DNA of 64,000 bases, taken from the sequence record PP359570; one strand, given 5' to 3'. The notes under the pieces are model-generated. The model ran no database searches and was not told the DNA's origin. It was given only the letters and a program-made list of their open reading frames with translations. The DNA comes from Escherichia phage ALITA. The stretch's first letter is position 1. Each line of letters opens with the position of its first letter. Positions 1-6,470 of the stretch are shown in pieces. A program made the translations under genes and the position numbers.

Positions 1-25
1 TAATAAATTAAATAATAAATATCTA

Positions 26-54
26 TTGACTTTAGATCTATCTGTATGTAGAGT
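26..54 (+). promoter_or_regulatory. sigma70-like promoter (-35 TTGACT 26-31, -10 TAGAGT 49-54)
   Basis: Hexamers with 17-bp spacer upstream of the prs-like gene; member of a recurring TTGACA-N17/18-TAnAnT motif family in this window. Confidence 0.5.
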
Positions 55-93
55 AGAGAACATAAAGTCCTAACTCAACTAAGGAGATAAACA

Positions 94-987
94 ATGAAAG
101 TTAGTATTCTACATGGTGTTGACTGTTATGTTACTGATGTAGACGTTAAAGTCTTTACATTCTCTGGTGGAGAACAACATGTTCAACTAGACACGAATCT
201 ATCAGGTTTCAATCATGCTACAGACAGAATCTTACTCTCTTTAGAAGTAAGATCTGCTAAAGACTTGATGACTTTGGTTATGACTAAGAATGCATTGGAC
301 AATATGCTATATCATAAACCATATTGTGTTGATTTACTCATGTTGTATGTGCCGTATGCACGACAAGACAGAGTGTGTGAGCCTGGGGAAGCATTCGGAG
401 TTAAAGCCTTTGCTTCTATAATTAATTCATTAAATTTCTCACGTGTTATCGTTGCTGATCCACATAGTGATGTTACTCCGGCAGTGTTTGACAGACTCTG
501 TGTAATACCTCAAGAAGAGATTGCTTACGAAACTTTAAAGTGGAAGTTACGTATGGAGAATTTTGCTCTTGTTAGTCCTGATGGTGGTGCTCTTAAGAAA
601 ATATTTAAATTATCTAAGAAAATGTCTTTAGATGTGTTCTGTGCAGAGAAGGTTAGAGATACTGCAACAGGTGCTATTGTTCGTACAGACATTTCTGTAC
701 AGGATTTCAATAAGCGTAACCTGATGATCGTAGATGATATCTGTGACGGCGGTAGAACTTTTATTGAATTGGCTAAAGTGCTACGTGCTCGTAACGCAGG
801 TAAGATTGAGTTATATGTTACACACGGTATCTTTTCTAAAGGTCTTAAAGAGTTAAGTGAGCACTTTGACTGCATTCATTCTCTTAATGTGTGGGAAGAT
901 AACATCCAAGAAGATTCCGGTGTTCTTGTTAAGAATCAGTCAGATTTGCAACAACAAATTGTATCTCCATACGTGTGGAATTTTTAA
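94..987 (+). CDS. ribose-phosphate pyrophosphokinase (Prs)-like phosphoribosyltransferase-fold enzyme; possible ADP-ribose pyrophosphokinase of an NAD+ reconstitution pathway
   Basis: 297-aa ORF, SD aaggag 81-86 then ATG 94; PRPP-binding loop MIVDDICDGGRTF near C-terminus and Prs-like N-terminal half; directly followed by NAMPT-like gene. Confidence 0.8.
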   Translation: MKVSILHGVDCYVTDVDVKVFTFSGGEQHVQLDTNLSGFNHATDRILLSLEVRSAKDLMTLVMTKNALDNMLYHKPYCVDLLMLYVPYARQDRVCEPGEAFGVKAFASIINSLNFSRVIVADPHSDVTPAVFDRLCVIPQEEIAYETLKWKLRMENFALVSPDGGALKKIFKLSKKMSLDVFCAEKVRDTATGAIVRTDISVQDFNKRNLMIVDDICDGGRTFIELAKVLRARNAGKIELYVTHGIFSKGLKELSEHFDCIHSLNVWEDNIQEDSGVLVKNQSDLQQQIVSPYVWNF

Positions 988-997
988 ATAATAAGTG

Positions 998-1026
998 TTG
1001 ACAATAGGGAGTATGCTTAGTAAGAT
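998..1026 (+). promoter_or_regulatory. sigma70-like promoter (-35 TTGACA 998-1003, -10 TAAGAT 1021-1026)
   Basis: Consensus -35 with 17-bp spacer upstream of NAMPT-like gene. Confidence 0.5.
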
Positions 1027-1058
1027 ACTCCCACACTAACAAACAAGGAGACATAACT

Positions 1059-2792
1059 ATGAATATTTTTGCACCTTTTGCTACTGATTGGTATAAACCT
1101 GGTCACAAGCAGATGTACAACCAAAATACAAAACTCATTTTCTCTAATTTAACTCCTCGTAATGATAAAAACTTTGCACACTATGCAGATCGTGAAGCAC
1201 GTGGTGTAATTGTTTTAGGTATTCGTCGAGCAGTTACTGATGCTCTTGTAACTATGTGGGATAGCTTCTTTAAAATGTCTCGTAGTGCAGCAGTAAATAA
1301 ATTTTATCGTATGTCTAAAAATGCATTAGGTGCTTCTGCTCCTTCTGCTGAATGTTGGGGAGAATTGCACGATTTAGGTTATCTTCCGCTGGAAGTTCGA
1401 TCTCTGCCAGAAGGTGTTTTGTGTCCTATTGGTGTTCCTGTGTTTACTGTGCATAATACTTTAGAAAAATTCTTTTGGTTAACTAACTATGTGGAAACAC
1501 TATTGTCAGATGAAACTTGGAAGACAATGACTAATGCTACAGCAGCTTTTCAGTATAAGCGTATTGCTATGGCATATGCGATGGCAACGTGTGATAATAT
1601 TGATCATGTTAACTTCCAGTGTCATGATTTTAGCCTACGTGGTTTAAGTAATATCGAAGATGGTTATAAGAGTGGTATCGCTCATTTGGCATCTTTCACA
1701 GGAACAGATAACATTCTGGCTATTGAGACTGTGCATGATTATTATGGTATTGATTATGATCAGTTTGTTGCAGGTTCTATTCCGGCAACAGAACATTCAG
1801 TAGCAACGACTAACATTGGAGCTATTGTTGAAGATCTGAAGAAACATTTCCCACATCTTAAAGATGATGTTGATGGGCTTCGTTATGTAGCAGAGAAAGA
1901 GTTTCTTCGCCGCTATATTGAAGAAATTGTTCCAGAAGGTTTTTGTTCATATGTAGCAGATTCTTATGACTACTGGGCTGTCTTGACTCGCATTCTGGTC
2001 GAGTTGAAAGATTCCATTATGTCACGAAATGGTCGTCTTGTTATTCGTCCAGATTCAGGAGATCCGGTTAAAGTTGTTGCAGGATACAATGTTGAATCTT
2101 TTGATAACTATGAAGACCTTTTAAATAATGGTATTGCTACAGCCACTGAAGTAGTTCATTTGGCTGATGTTAATAAGTATTACAATGTTCTTCAGGATTG
2201 CAGTGTTGCTGATTGTATTGATGAAACTTATGAGATTCCTTATTGTGAAGCAGTAGGTTCTATTCAAATCCTTTGGGAAGTGTTTGGTGGTACTATCAAC
2301 CGAAAAGGCTACAAGGTTCTTGATCAGCACATCGGTATGATTTATGGTGATTCTATTACTGTTGAACGAGAACACGAAATCTTACGCCGACTGAAGAAGA
2401 AAGGTTTTGCAGCTTCCAATATTGTATTTGGTGTTGGTAGTTATACTTATCAGTTCAATACACGAGATACTTTTGGTTTTGCTGTTAAAGCAACAGGTAG
2501 TATCATCGGTGAACACGAAATTTTGGTAAGTAAGGAGCCTAAAACTGATCCTGGTAAACGTTCTGCAAAAGGTTTTATTAAGGTTGTTAAGGATACAAAC
2601 GGTAAACTTTCTCTCGTGGATAATCTTTCTTTTAAAGATATTCAAGATGAAGACAATGAGTTAAAAGTTATCTTCAGGGATGGTACGGTTATTACACCAC
2701 AAGTAGAAGGACGTGATGAAACATTTACGGATATCCGCAATCGTGTTGATGTAGAGGTTCTTCGTACTATGGGAACCATCCAGGTTGACTAA
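1059..2792 (+). CDS. nicotinamide phosphoribosyltransferase (NAMPT/NadV)-like enzyme
   Basis: 577-aa ORF, SD aaggag 1045-1050; N-terminal TDWYKPGHKQMY resembles the NAMPT family N-terminus; tandem with Prs-like gene. Confidence 0.75.
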   Translation: MNIFAPFATDWYKPGHKQMYNQNTKLIFSNLTPRNDKNFAHYADREARGVIVLGIRRAVTDALVTMWDSFFKMSRSAAVNKFYRMSKNALGASAPSAECWGELHDLGYLPLEVRSLPEGVLCPIGVPVFTVHNTLEKFFWLTNYVETLLSDETWKTMTNATAAFQYKRIAMAYAMATCDNIDHVNFQCHDFSLRGLSNIEDGYKSGIAHLASFTGTDNILAIETVHDYYGIDYDQFVAGSIPATEHSVATTNIGAIVEDLKKHFPHLKDDVDGLRYVAEKEFLRRYIEEIVPEGFCSYVADSYDYWAVLTRILVELKDSIMSRNGRLVIRPDSGDPVKVVAGYNVESFDNYEDLLNNGIATATEVVHLADVNKYYNVLQDCSVADCIDETYEIPYCEAVGSIQILWEVFGGTINRKGYKVLDQHIGMIYGDSITVEREHEILRRLKKKGFAASNIVFGVGSYTYQFNTRDTFGFAVKATGSIIGEHEILVSKEPKTDPGKRSAKGFIKVVKDTNGKLSLVDNLSFKDIQDEDNELKVIFRDGTVITPQVEGRDETFTDIRNRVDVEVLRTMGTIQVD

Positions 2793-2863
2793 ATAAAAAC
2801 TTCGTGATAAGATTAAGGTAAGGAGAGCCTGCAACTGCCCTGGATGGGCTTCACGAAGGATTT

Positions 2864-3085
2864 ATGAAACAACATAATTTTTATTTTCGTTGCCGAGCCT
2901 GTAACAGACACTTGACTAATCATTCCCGTAGAGACAGGAATGGTAATATTCAAGAGTCGGATCTATGCTCGATTTGTACAAGTTTGGCATTCGACGACAG
3001 TCCCGAAAGGGTTTATCAACATCAAAGTGTAACTGATCTTCTTCTAAATTACACAGCACCAGAGGAGGAATTAGATTTCACATAA
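2864..3085 (+). CDS. hypothetical small protein with two CxxC pairs (zinc-ribbon-like)
   Basis: 73-aa ORF; CRACNRH...CSIC motif; weak SD. Confidence 0.4.
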   Translation: MKQHNFYFRCRACNRHLTNHSRRDRNGNIQESDLCSICTSLAFDDSPERVYQHQSVTDLLLNYTAPEEELDFT

Positions 3086-3098
3086 TTAAGGAAACAGT

Positions 3099-3209
3099 AT
3101 GTCTACAGAAATTATTTTTGGCTTATCTGTTTTTATTGCTATTGTATCTTTTGTATGCGGTTATACACTAGGTTACAGATCAAGAAAAAATATTGTAAAA
3201 ACTAGTTGA
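3099..3209 (+). CDS. small hydrophobic peptide (36 aa, single predicted transmembrane helix)
   Basis: ATG 3099 preceded by aagga SD; translation MSTEIIFGLSVFIAIVSFVCGYTLGYRSRKNIVKTS; below the 60-aa cutoff of the ORF track. Confidence 0.35.
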   Translation: MSTEIIFGLSVFIAIVSFVCGYTLGYRSRKNIVKTS

Positions 3210-3235
3210 CAACATAGCTAGTTATTTGCTAAGAT
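3206..3235 (+). promoter_or_regulatory. sigma70-like promoter (-35 TTGACA 3206-3211, -10 TAAGAT 3230-3235)
   Basis: Consensus -35, 18-bp spacer; upstream of ORF 3266. Confidence 0.5.
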
Positions 3236-3265
3236 AAGCACAAGTTAAACAAAAAGGAGAAAACT

Positions 3266-3532
3266 ATGACAGAAAAGACTTATGGTAAAGAATTGATTGA
3301 GAAGCACGTATTGATTGATAATAAAGGTGGAGCAATCTTTATTTTTGAACCTGAATCAGTTCTTACTGAAAACGAAAATGGTAGCGTTAGCCTTAAAACA
3401 GAAAGTTTGGTAATTGACTTCCTTGCTCTTCTGGATGAAATGGGGCTTCCTCACGAAGAAGAAGCAGCTATTGCTTTGATTGCAGTTCTTCTGGAGAAAC
3501 GCGAAGCTGGTGAAATGACCCAGTATGCTTAA
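3266..3532 (+). CDS. hypothetical protein
   Basis: 88-aa ORF with strong SD aaaaaggag before ATG 3266. Confidence 0.6.
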   Translation: MTEKTYGKELIEKHVLIDNKGGAIFIFEPESVLTENENGSVSLKTESLVIDFLALLDEMGLPHEEEAAIALIAVLLEKREAGEMTQYA

Positions 3533-3539
3533 TATTCAA

Positions 3540-3615
3540 GGTTCCATAGCTCACTGACGAGAGCGCACACCTCATAAGTGTCGAGGGCAGGGATTGTAAC
3601 CCTGGGGAACCACCA
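3540..3615 (+). tRNA. tRNA-Met/Ile2 (anticodon CAT)
   Basis: Cloverleaf: acceptor GGTTCCA/GGGAACC, D-stem GCTC/GAGC, anticodon loop CTCATAA, T-stem CAGGG/CCCTG with atypical T-loop ATTGTAA, 3' ACCA encoded. Confidence 0.75.
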
Positions 3616-3646
3616 TTTAAAAGGAGGTGCTATGCATCTCCTATAT

Positions 3647-3732
3647 GCAAGTGTGGTGGAATTGGTGATACACATTGTGCTTAAAACGCAACGCTTAAAT
3701 GCTTGAGGGTTCGAATCCCTCCACTTGCACCA
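3647..3732 (+). tRNA. tRNA-Leu (anticodon TAA), type II
   Basis: Acceptor GCAAGTG/CACTTGC, anticodon loop CTTAAAA, 13-nt variable arm, T-loop GGGTTCGAATCCC, CCA encoded. Confidence 0.8.
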
Positions 3733-3734
3733 AC

Positions 3735-3840
3735 GCCTAGTAGGGTATTTGGTAATTCCGAGGCCATCAAAGCCTGAAAAATATGTTAGACCGTTTTGTC
3801 TAACTAAATACGAAATATGGTTCGATTCCATAACTAGGCT
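3735..3840 (+). tRNA. atypical long tRNA-like gene (about 106 nt), candidate anticodon TCA (would read UGA); Sec/Ser-like architecture
   Basis: Perfect 7-bp acceptor GCCTAGT/ACTAGGC, 6-bp D-stem with 4-nt loop, anticodon arm AGGC-CATCAAA-GCCT, long variable hairpin GTTAGAC-CGTTTT-GTCTAAC, canonical T-arm TATGG-TTCGATT-CCATA; no encoded CCA. Confidence 0.4.
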
Positions 3841-3875
3841 CCCGATTTAAATAGTAATTTTTTAATAAAAATATC

Positions 3876-3904
3876 TTGACATTTACTTAGTTTTTTGTTA
3901 TAGT
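3876..3904 (+). promoter_or_regulatory. sigma70-like promoter (-35 TTGACA 3876-3881, -10 TATAGT 3899-3904)
   Basis: Consensus hexamers, 17-bp spacer, TG upstream of -10; precedes tRNA at 3916. Confidence 0.55.
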
Positions 3905-3915
3905 CATTATGAAAA

Positions 3916-3997
3916 CGGGGTGTATCTCACCTGACTTCTAATCAGGCGTTAACCGAGTAATTGGAGTATGCAGGTTCGAATCCTGTCACCCCGGCCA
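3916..3997 (+). tRNA. tRNA-Arg-like (anticodon TCT), atypical: no canonical D-arm, 23-nt extra region
   Basis: Perfect acceptor CGGGGTG/CACCCCG, anticodon arm CCTGA-CTTCTAA-TCAGG, T-arm GCAGG-TTCGAAT-CCTGT, GCCA 3' end; only 7 nt between acceptor and anticodon stem. Confidence 0.45.
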
Positions 3998-4015
3998 AAA
4001 AGTTTTAAAAACTAC

Positions 4016-4044
4016 TTGACAAGCAAGATAGTTTTATGTTAGAT
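4016..4044 (+). promoter_or_regulatory. sigma70-like promoter (-35 TTGACA 4016-4021, -10 TTAGAT 4039-4044)
   Basis: Consensus -35, 17-bp spacer; precedes tRNA-Ser. Confidence 0.5.
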
Positions 4045-4060
4045 TTAAAGTATGGTAACA

Positions 4061-4150
4061 GGAAGGTAGGGCGCAGCGGTGCGCAACCAGGTTTGAACCC
4101 TGGCCCATTGTAGCGATACGGTGATGGTTCGACTCCATTATCTTCCTCCA
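4061..4150 (+). tRNA. tRNA-Ser (anticodon TGA), type II
   Basis: Acceptor GGAAGGT/ATCTTCC, anticodon arm CCAGG-TTTGAAC-CCTGG, long variable arm, T-loop GGTTCGACTCC, CCA encoded. Confidence 0.75.
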
Positions 4151-4168
4151 AATTCGCTTAGGAGCTTT

Positions 4169-4321
4169 ATGAATTATAAAACTATTGGACAGGTTGTTAC
4201 CGGAGTTAAGATTGTAAATAATAAAGTTGTTTATGAGTATTCTAATCTTCAACAATCTGAAGATGGTAAGAATATTTGTATGGTAAAAGCAGAACAAAAA
4301 GATTCCGGTTGTTTTGAATAA
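4169..4321 (+). CDS. hypothetical small protein (50 aa)
   Basis: ATG 4169 after SD aggag 4160-4164, immediately downstream of tRNA-Ser; ORF-track ORF 4121..4321 starts inside the tRNA so the internal ATG is preferred. Confidence 0.4.
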   Translation: MNYKTIGQVVTGVKIVNNKVVYEYSNLQQSEDGKNICMVKAEQKDSGCFE

Positions 4322-4329
4322 TTAAAAAC

Positions 4330-4415
4330 GGTAGATTGGTGAAATGGTAGCCACAACAGTTTGCTAAACTGTCGTCGGAAACGGCGTGTAGGTTCAAGTC
4401 CTACATCTACCGCCA
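4330..4415 (+). tRNA. tRNA-Ser (anticodon GCT), type II
   Basis: Acceptor GGTAGAT/ATCTACC, anticodon arm ACAGT-TTGCTAA-ACTGT, variable arm, T-arm GTAGG-TTCAAGT-CCTAC, CCA encoded. Confidence 0.8.
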
Positions 4416-4541
4416 AGTTATCTTTAATGTAGCTTGTAATCTTACTTTAGCAGAGTAAATCTTCGGCAAGTGGCAGTAACCACTTTACCGATAGCCCATA
4501 GTCAAGTGCCGCAAACACTGGCTATTTTAAAGATAATTTAT

Positions 4542-4617
4542 ACATCGTTAGCTTAGTTGGTAGAGCAAGGGGCTTTTAACTCCAAGGTCGAAGGTTCGAA
4601 TCCTTCACGATGTACCA
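4542..4617 (+). tRNA. tRNA-Lys (anticodon TTT)
   Basis: Acceptor ACATCGT/ACGATGT, D-arm GCTT-AGTTGGTA-GAGC, anticodon loop CTTTTAA, T-arm GAAGG-TTCGAAT-CCTTC, CCA encoded. Confidence 0.8.
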
Positions 4618-4622
4618 AACAC

Positions 4623-4709
4623 GTAGGTATCGCATAGCGGCAATTGCTGGAGACTGTAAATCTCTTGCCCTTCGGGGCTTCGTTGGTTCGAGTCCAACTA
4701 CCTGCACCA
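4623..4709 (+). tRNA. tRNA-Tyr (anticodon GTA), type II
   Basis: Acceptor GTAGGTA/TACCTGC, anticodon arm GGAGA-CTGTAAA-TCTCT, variable arm TGCCCTTCGGGGCTTC, T-arm GTTGG-TTCGAGT-CCAAC, CCA encoded. Confidence 0.75.
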
Positions 4710-4716
4710 AATTAAA

Positions 4717-4801
4717 GATGGATTGGCCTAGTGGTTGGGCGACGGACTGTTAATCCGTGAACGAAAGTTCTAGCAAGGTTCAAATCCTTGATCCATCGCC
4801 A
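4717..4801 (+). tRNA. tRNA-Asn (anticodon GTT) with unusually long variable arm
   Basis: Acceptor GATGGAT/ATCCATC, anticodon arm ACGGA-CTGTTAA-TCCGT, variable hairpin GAAC-GAAA-GTTC, T-arm CAAGG-TTCAAAT-CCTTG, CCA encoded. Confidence 0.6.
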
Positions 4802-4805
4802 AATA

Positions 4806-4873
4806 GTGCTTGTAGAGTTAATAGAAACCTCTAGAATTTTCTAGAATTGTAGGTATCAAATCCTACCAAGCAA
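4806..4873 (+). pseudogene. tRNA-like remnant (acceptor and T-arm-like pairing, no anticodon arm, no CCA)
   Basis: GTGCTTG/CAAGCAA acceptor-like pairing and GTAGG-TATCAAAT-CCTAC hairpin; internal region contains palindrome TCTAGAATTTTCTAGA instead of an anticodon arm. Confidence 0.25.
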
Positions 4874-4880
4874 ATATTTT

Positions 4881-4955
4881 GCTCCTATCGTATAACGGCT
4901 ATTACGGTTGCCTTGTAAGCAACTTATCAGGGTTCGAGTCCTTGTGGGAGCACCA
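4881..4955 (+). tRNA. tRNA-Thr (anticodon TGT)
   Basis: Acceptor GCTCCTA/TGGGAGC, anticodon arm GTTGC-CTTGTAA-GCAAC, T-loop GGGTTCGAGTCC, CCA encoded. Confidence 0.75.
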
Positions 4956-4977
4956 ATTTAACTCTAAAGGAGTGTAT

Positions 4978-5301
4978 GTGACAGAAAAAGAGTTAGAGAA
5001 ATATTTTAATATCAATGTTTTCGATGGTTTTGATGATATTGAAGATGTTGAAAGATATTATGAAGTAGAGTTAGATAAGGATAACATTGTAATTCTTTCT
5101 GCCACTTATGATTGTGCATATTATGAAGGCGAATCTCACGTTTATTTCTATGATATGAAAACATCTTTGTTTTATGAAGTACACGCATATCATTGTTCTT
5201 GTTATGGCTTAGAAGGTCAGTGGGAACCTGAAGAAATAGGTGATTTGAGCTTTACGGTTGCATATCTAAACAGACGTGGTGCATCTACTATTTTAAAATA
5301 A
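4978..5301 (+). CDS. hypothetical protein (acidic, Cys/His-containing)
   Basis: ORF-track ORF 4879..5301 begins inside tRNA-Thr; in-frame GTG 4978 follows SD aaggag 4967-4972 and is the likely start. Confidence 0.5.
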   Translation: MTEKELEKYFNINVFDGFDDIEDVERYYEVELDKDNIVILSATYDCAYYEGESHVYFYDMKTSLFYEVHAYHCSCYGLEGQWEPEEIGDLSFTVAYLNRRGASTILK

Positions 5302-5315
5302 ATATTAAAAGCCTC

Positions 5316-5345
5316 TTGACAAAGGGGCTAATAATATGTTAGAGT
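5316..5345 (+). promoter_or_regulatory. sigma70-like promoter (-35 TTGACA 5316-5321, -10 TAGAGT 5340-5345)
   Basis: Consensus -35, 18-bp spacer; precedes tRNA-Gly. Confidence 0.5.
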
Positions 5346-5356
5346 AATATTGTTAA

Positions 5357-5431
5357 GCGGGTATAGTGTTAATGGTAGCATATGAGGTTTCCACCCTCCA
5401 GGTGCAGGTTCAAGTCCTGTTACTCGCTCCA
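5357..5431 (+). tRNA. tRNA-Gly (anticodon TCC)
   Basis: Acceptor GCGGGTA/TACTCGC, anticodon loop TTTCCAC, T-arm GCAGG-TTCAAGT-CCTGT, CCA encoded; resembles bacterial tRNA-Gly(UCC). Confidence 0.8.
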
Positions 5432-5530
5432 AGATTATTTAAATGGAATCGCTAGAGAAAATTTCTCTTTTCGCTCATGGTTTTCTCCTTCAAACTCTAG
5501 CGGTTCTTTTTAAGTGATTTTTAGTTTTAT

Positions 5531-5605
5531 TGGAGATTAGCCTAGTGGGAAGGCAACGGCCTTTGAAGTCGTGATGACTAGGTTCGATTCCTAGATCTCC
5601 AGCCA
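5531..5605 (+). tRNA. tRNA-Gln (anticodon TTG)
   Basis: 5' U1 with A72 (TGGAGAT/ATCTCCA) as in bacterial tRNA-Gln, anticodon arm ACGGC-CTTTGAA-GTCGT, T-arm CTAGG-TTCGATT-CCTAG, GCCA end. Confidence 0.8.
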
Positions 5606-5647
5606 ATTAATTGCATAGCATGAGTATTTCTCATTGGTTAAAAGGAG

Positions 5648-6013
5648 ATGCAAGTGAATTGTGAACATTGTGGTAGTGAGTTTACTTTGATAAAAGGTCA
5701 TGGTGGACAAAACAGATCATACTGTTACACTTGTATTCCAGAAGGTTTAGATAAACAAGTACGCACAAGATTACATCAAGAACTTAGAAGAGAGCGATCT
5801 CATAAGATGAAACTTGATTTAGGTTGCAAAGTGTGTGGTTATGCTAAATGTGCAGTAGCACTAGAATGGCATCACCCAGAGGACGATAAGAAACACGATC
5901 CATCTAATGCAATCAAAAGATCTTGGTCTGCTTACTTAGAAGAGACTGAAAAGTGTATCTTACTATGTGCCAATTGTCATAGAGAAGTACATGCTGGTCT
6001 TATACAGGTTTAA
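5648..6013 (+). CDS. HNH homing endonuclease (free-standing, inside tRNA array)
   Basis: 121-aa ORF; CxxC...CxxC zinc-binding pairs and HNH motif WHHPEDDKKHDP...LLCANCHREVH; alternative start GTG 5654 has better SD spacing. Confidence 0.85.
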   Translation: MQVNCEHCGSEFTLIKGHGGQNRSYCYTCIPEGLDKQVRTRLHQELRRERSHKMKLDLGCKVCGYAKCAVALEWHHPEDDKKHDPSNAIKRSWSAYLEETEKCILLCANCHREVHAGLIQV

Positions 6014-6014
6014 T

Positions 6015-6090
6015 CAGTGCGTAGCGCAGTTGGTAGCGTGGGAGCCTTGGACGCTTCAGGTCGCAGGTTCGAGTCCTGCCGCACTGACCA
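6015..6090 (+). tRNA. tRNA-Pro (anticodon TGG)
   Basis: Perfect acceptor CAGTGCG/CGCACTG, anticodon arm GGAGC-CTTGGAC-GCTTC, T-arm GCAGG-TTCGAGT-CCTGC, CCA encoded; starts 2 nt after HNH stop. Confidence 0.8.
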
Positions 6091-6095
6091 AATTT

Positions 6096-6170
6096 GCAGA
6101 GATAGCTGAGACGGATTAGTGCTACCCTGAAAAGGTAGAAAGGATGGATCGTTACCATCTCTCTGCACCA
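6096..6170 (+). tRNA. tRNA-Phe (anticodon GAA)
   Basis: Acceptor GCAGAGA/TCTCTGC, anticodon arm CTACC-CTGAAAA-GGTAG, T-arm GATGG-ATCGTTA-CCATC (non-canonical T-loop), CCA encoded. Confidence 0.7.
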
Positions 6171-6247
6171 GATAATACCATCCAAGGAGAATACTTGGTT
6201 AACTGTCAATAGCACATTGAGGCTTCTTACAGTGGTGTACTTATTAT

Positions 6248-6332
6248 GGCTAAGTGGTGGAATGGTATACACGATACGCTTAGAACGTATTGCCCCAAGG
6301 GATTGTGAGTTCGAGTCTCACCTTAGCTACCA
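6248..6332 (+). tRNA. tRNA-Leu (anticodon TAG), type II
   Basis: Acceptor GGCTAAG/CTTAGCT, anticodon arm ATACG-CTTAGAA-CGTAT, variable hairpin CCC-CAA-GGG, T-arm GTGAG-TTCGAGT-CTCAC, CCA encoded. Confidence 0.75.
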
Positions 6333-6347
6333 AATTATTACAGGTTT

Positions 6348-6426
6348 CGCGGGATAGAGGAGTCTGGTCGTCCTCGCCAGTTTCATATGCTGGAGATCGT
6401 AGGTTCAAATCCTACTCCCGTTACCA
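6348..6426 (+). tRNA. tRNA-Met/Ile2 (anticodon CAT), second copy
   Basis: Acceptor CGCGGGA/TCCCGTT (terminal mismatch), D-arm GAGG/CCTC, anticodon arm CCAGT-TTCATAT-GCTGG, T-arm GTAGG-TTCAAAT-CCTAC, CCA encoded. Confidence 0.6.
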
Positions 6427-6470
6427 ATAAATACCTCCCTTCTGGTGTAATGATTAAATTACATTGACAC

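Noticed and set aside
525-875. 116-aa minus-strand ORF inside the Prs-like gene
   Set aside because: Antisense to a well-supported gene with coherent domain motifs; no SD; typical chance ORF in AT-rich sequence.
2121-2645. Two minus-strand ORFs (84 and 87 aa) inside the NAMPT-like gene
   Set aside because: Antisense, low-complexity translations, no SD; sense strand encodes a conserved enzyme.
3529-3831. 100-aa minus-strand ORF across the first three tRNA genes
   Set aside because: The region folds into canonical tRNAs on the plus strand; the ORF is incidental.
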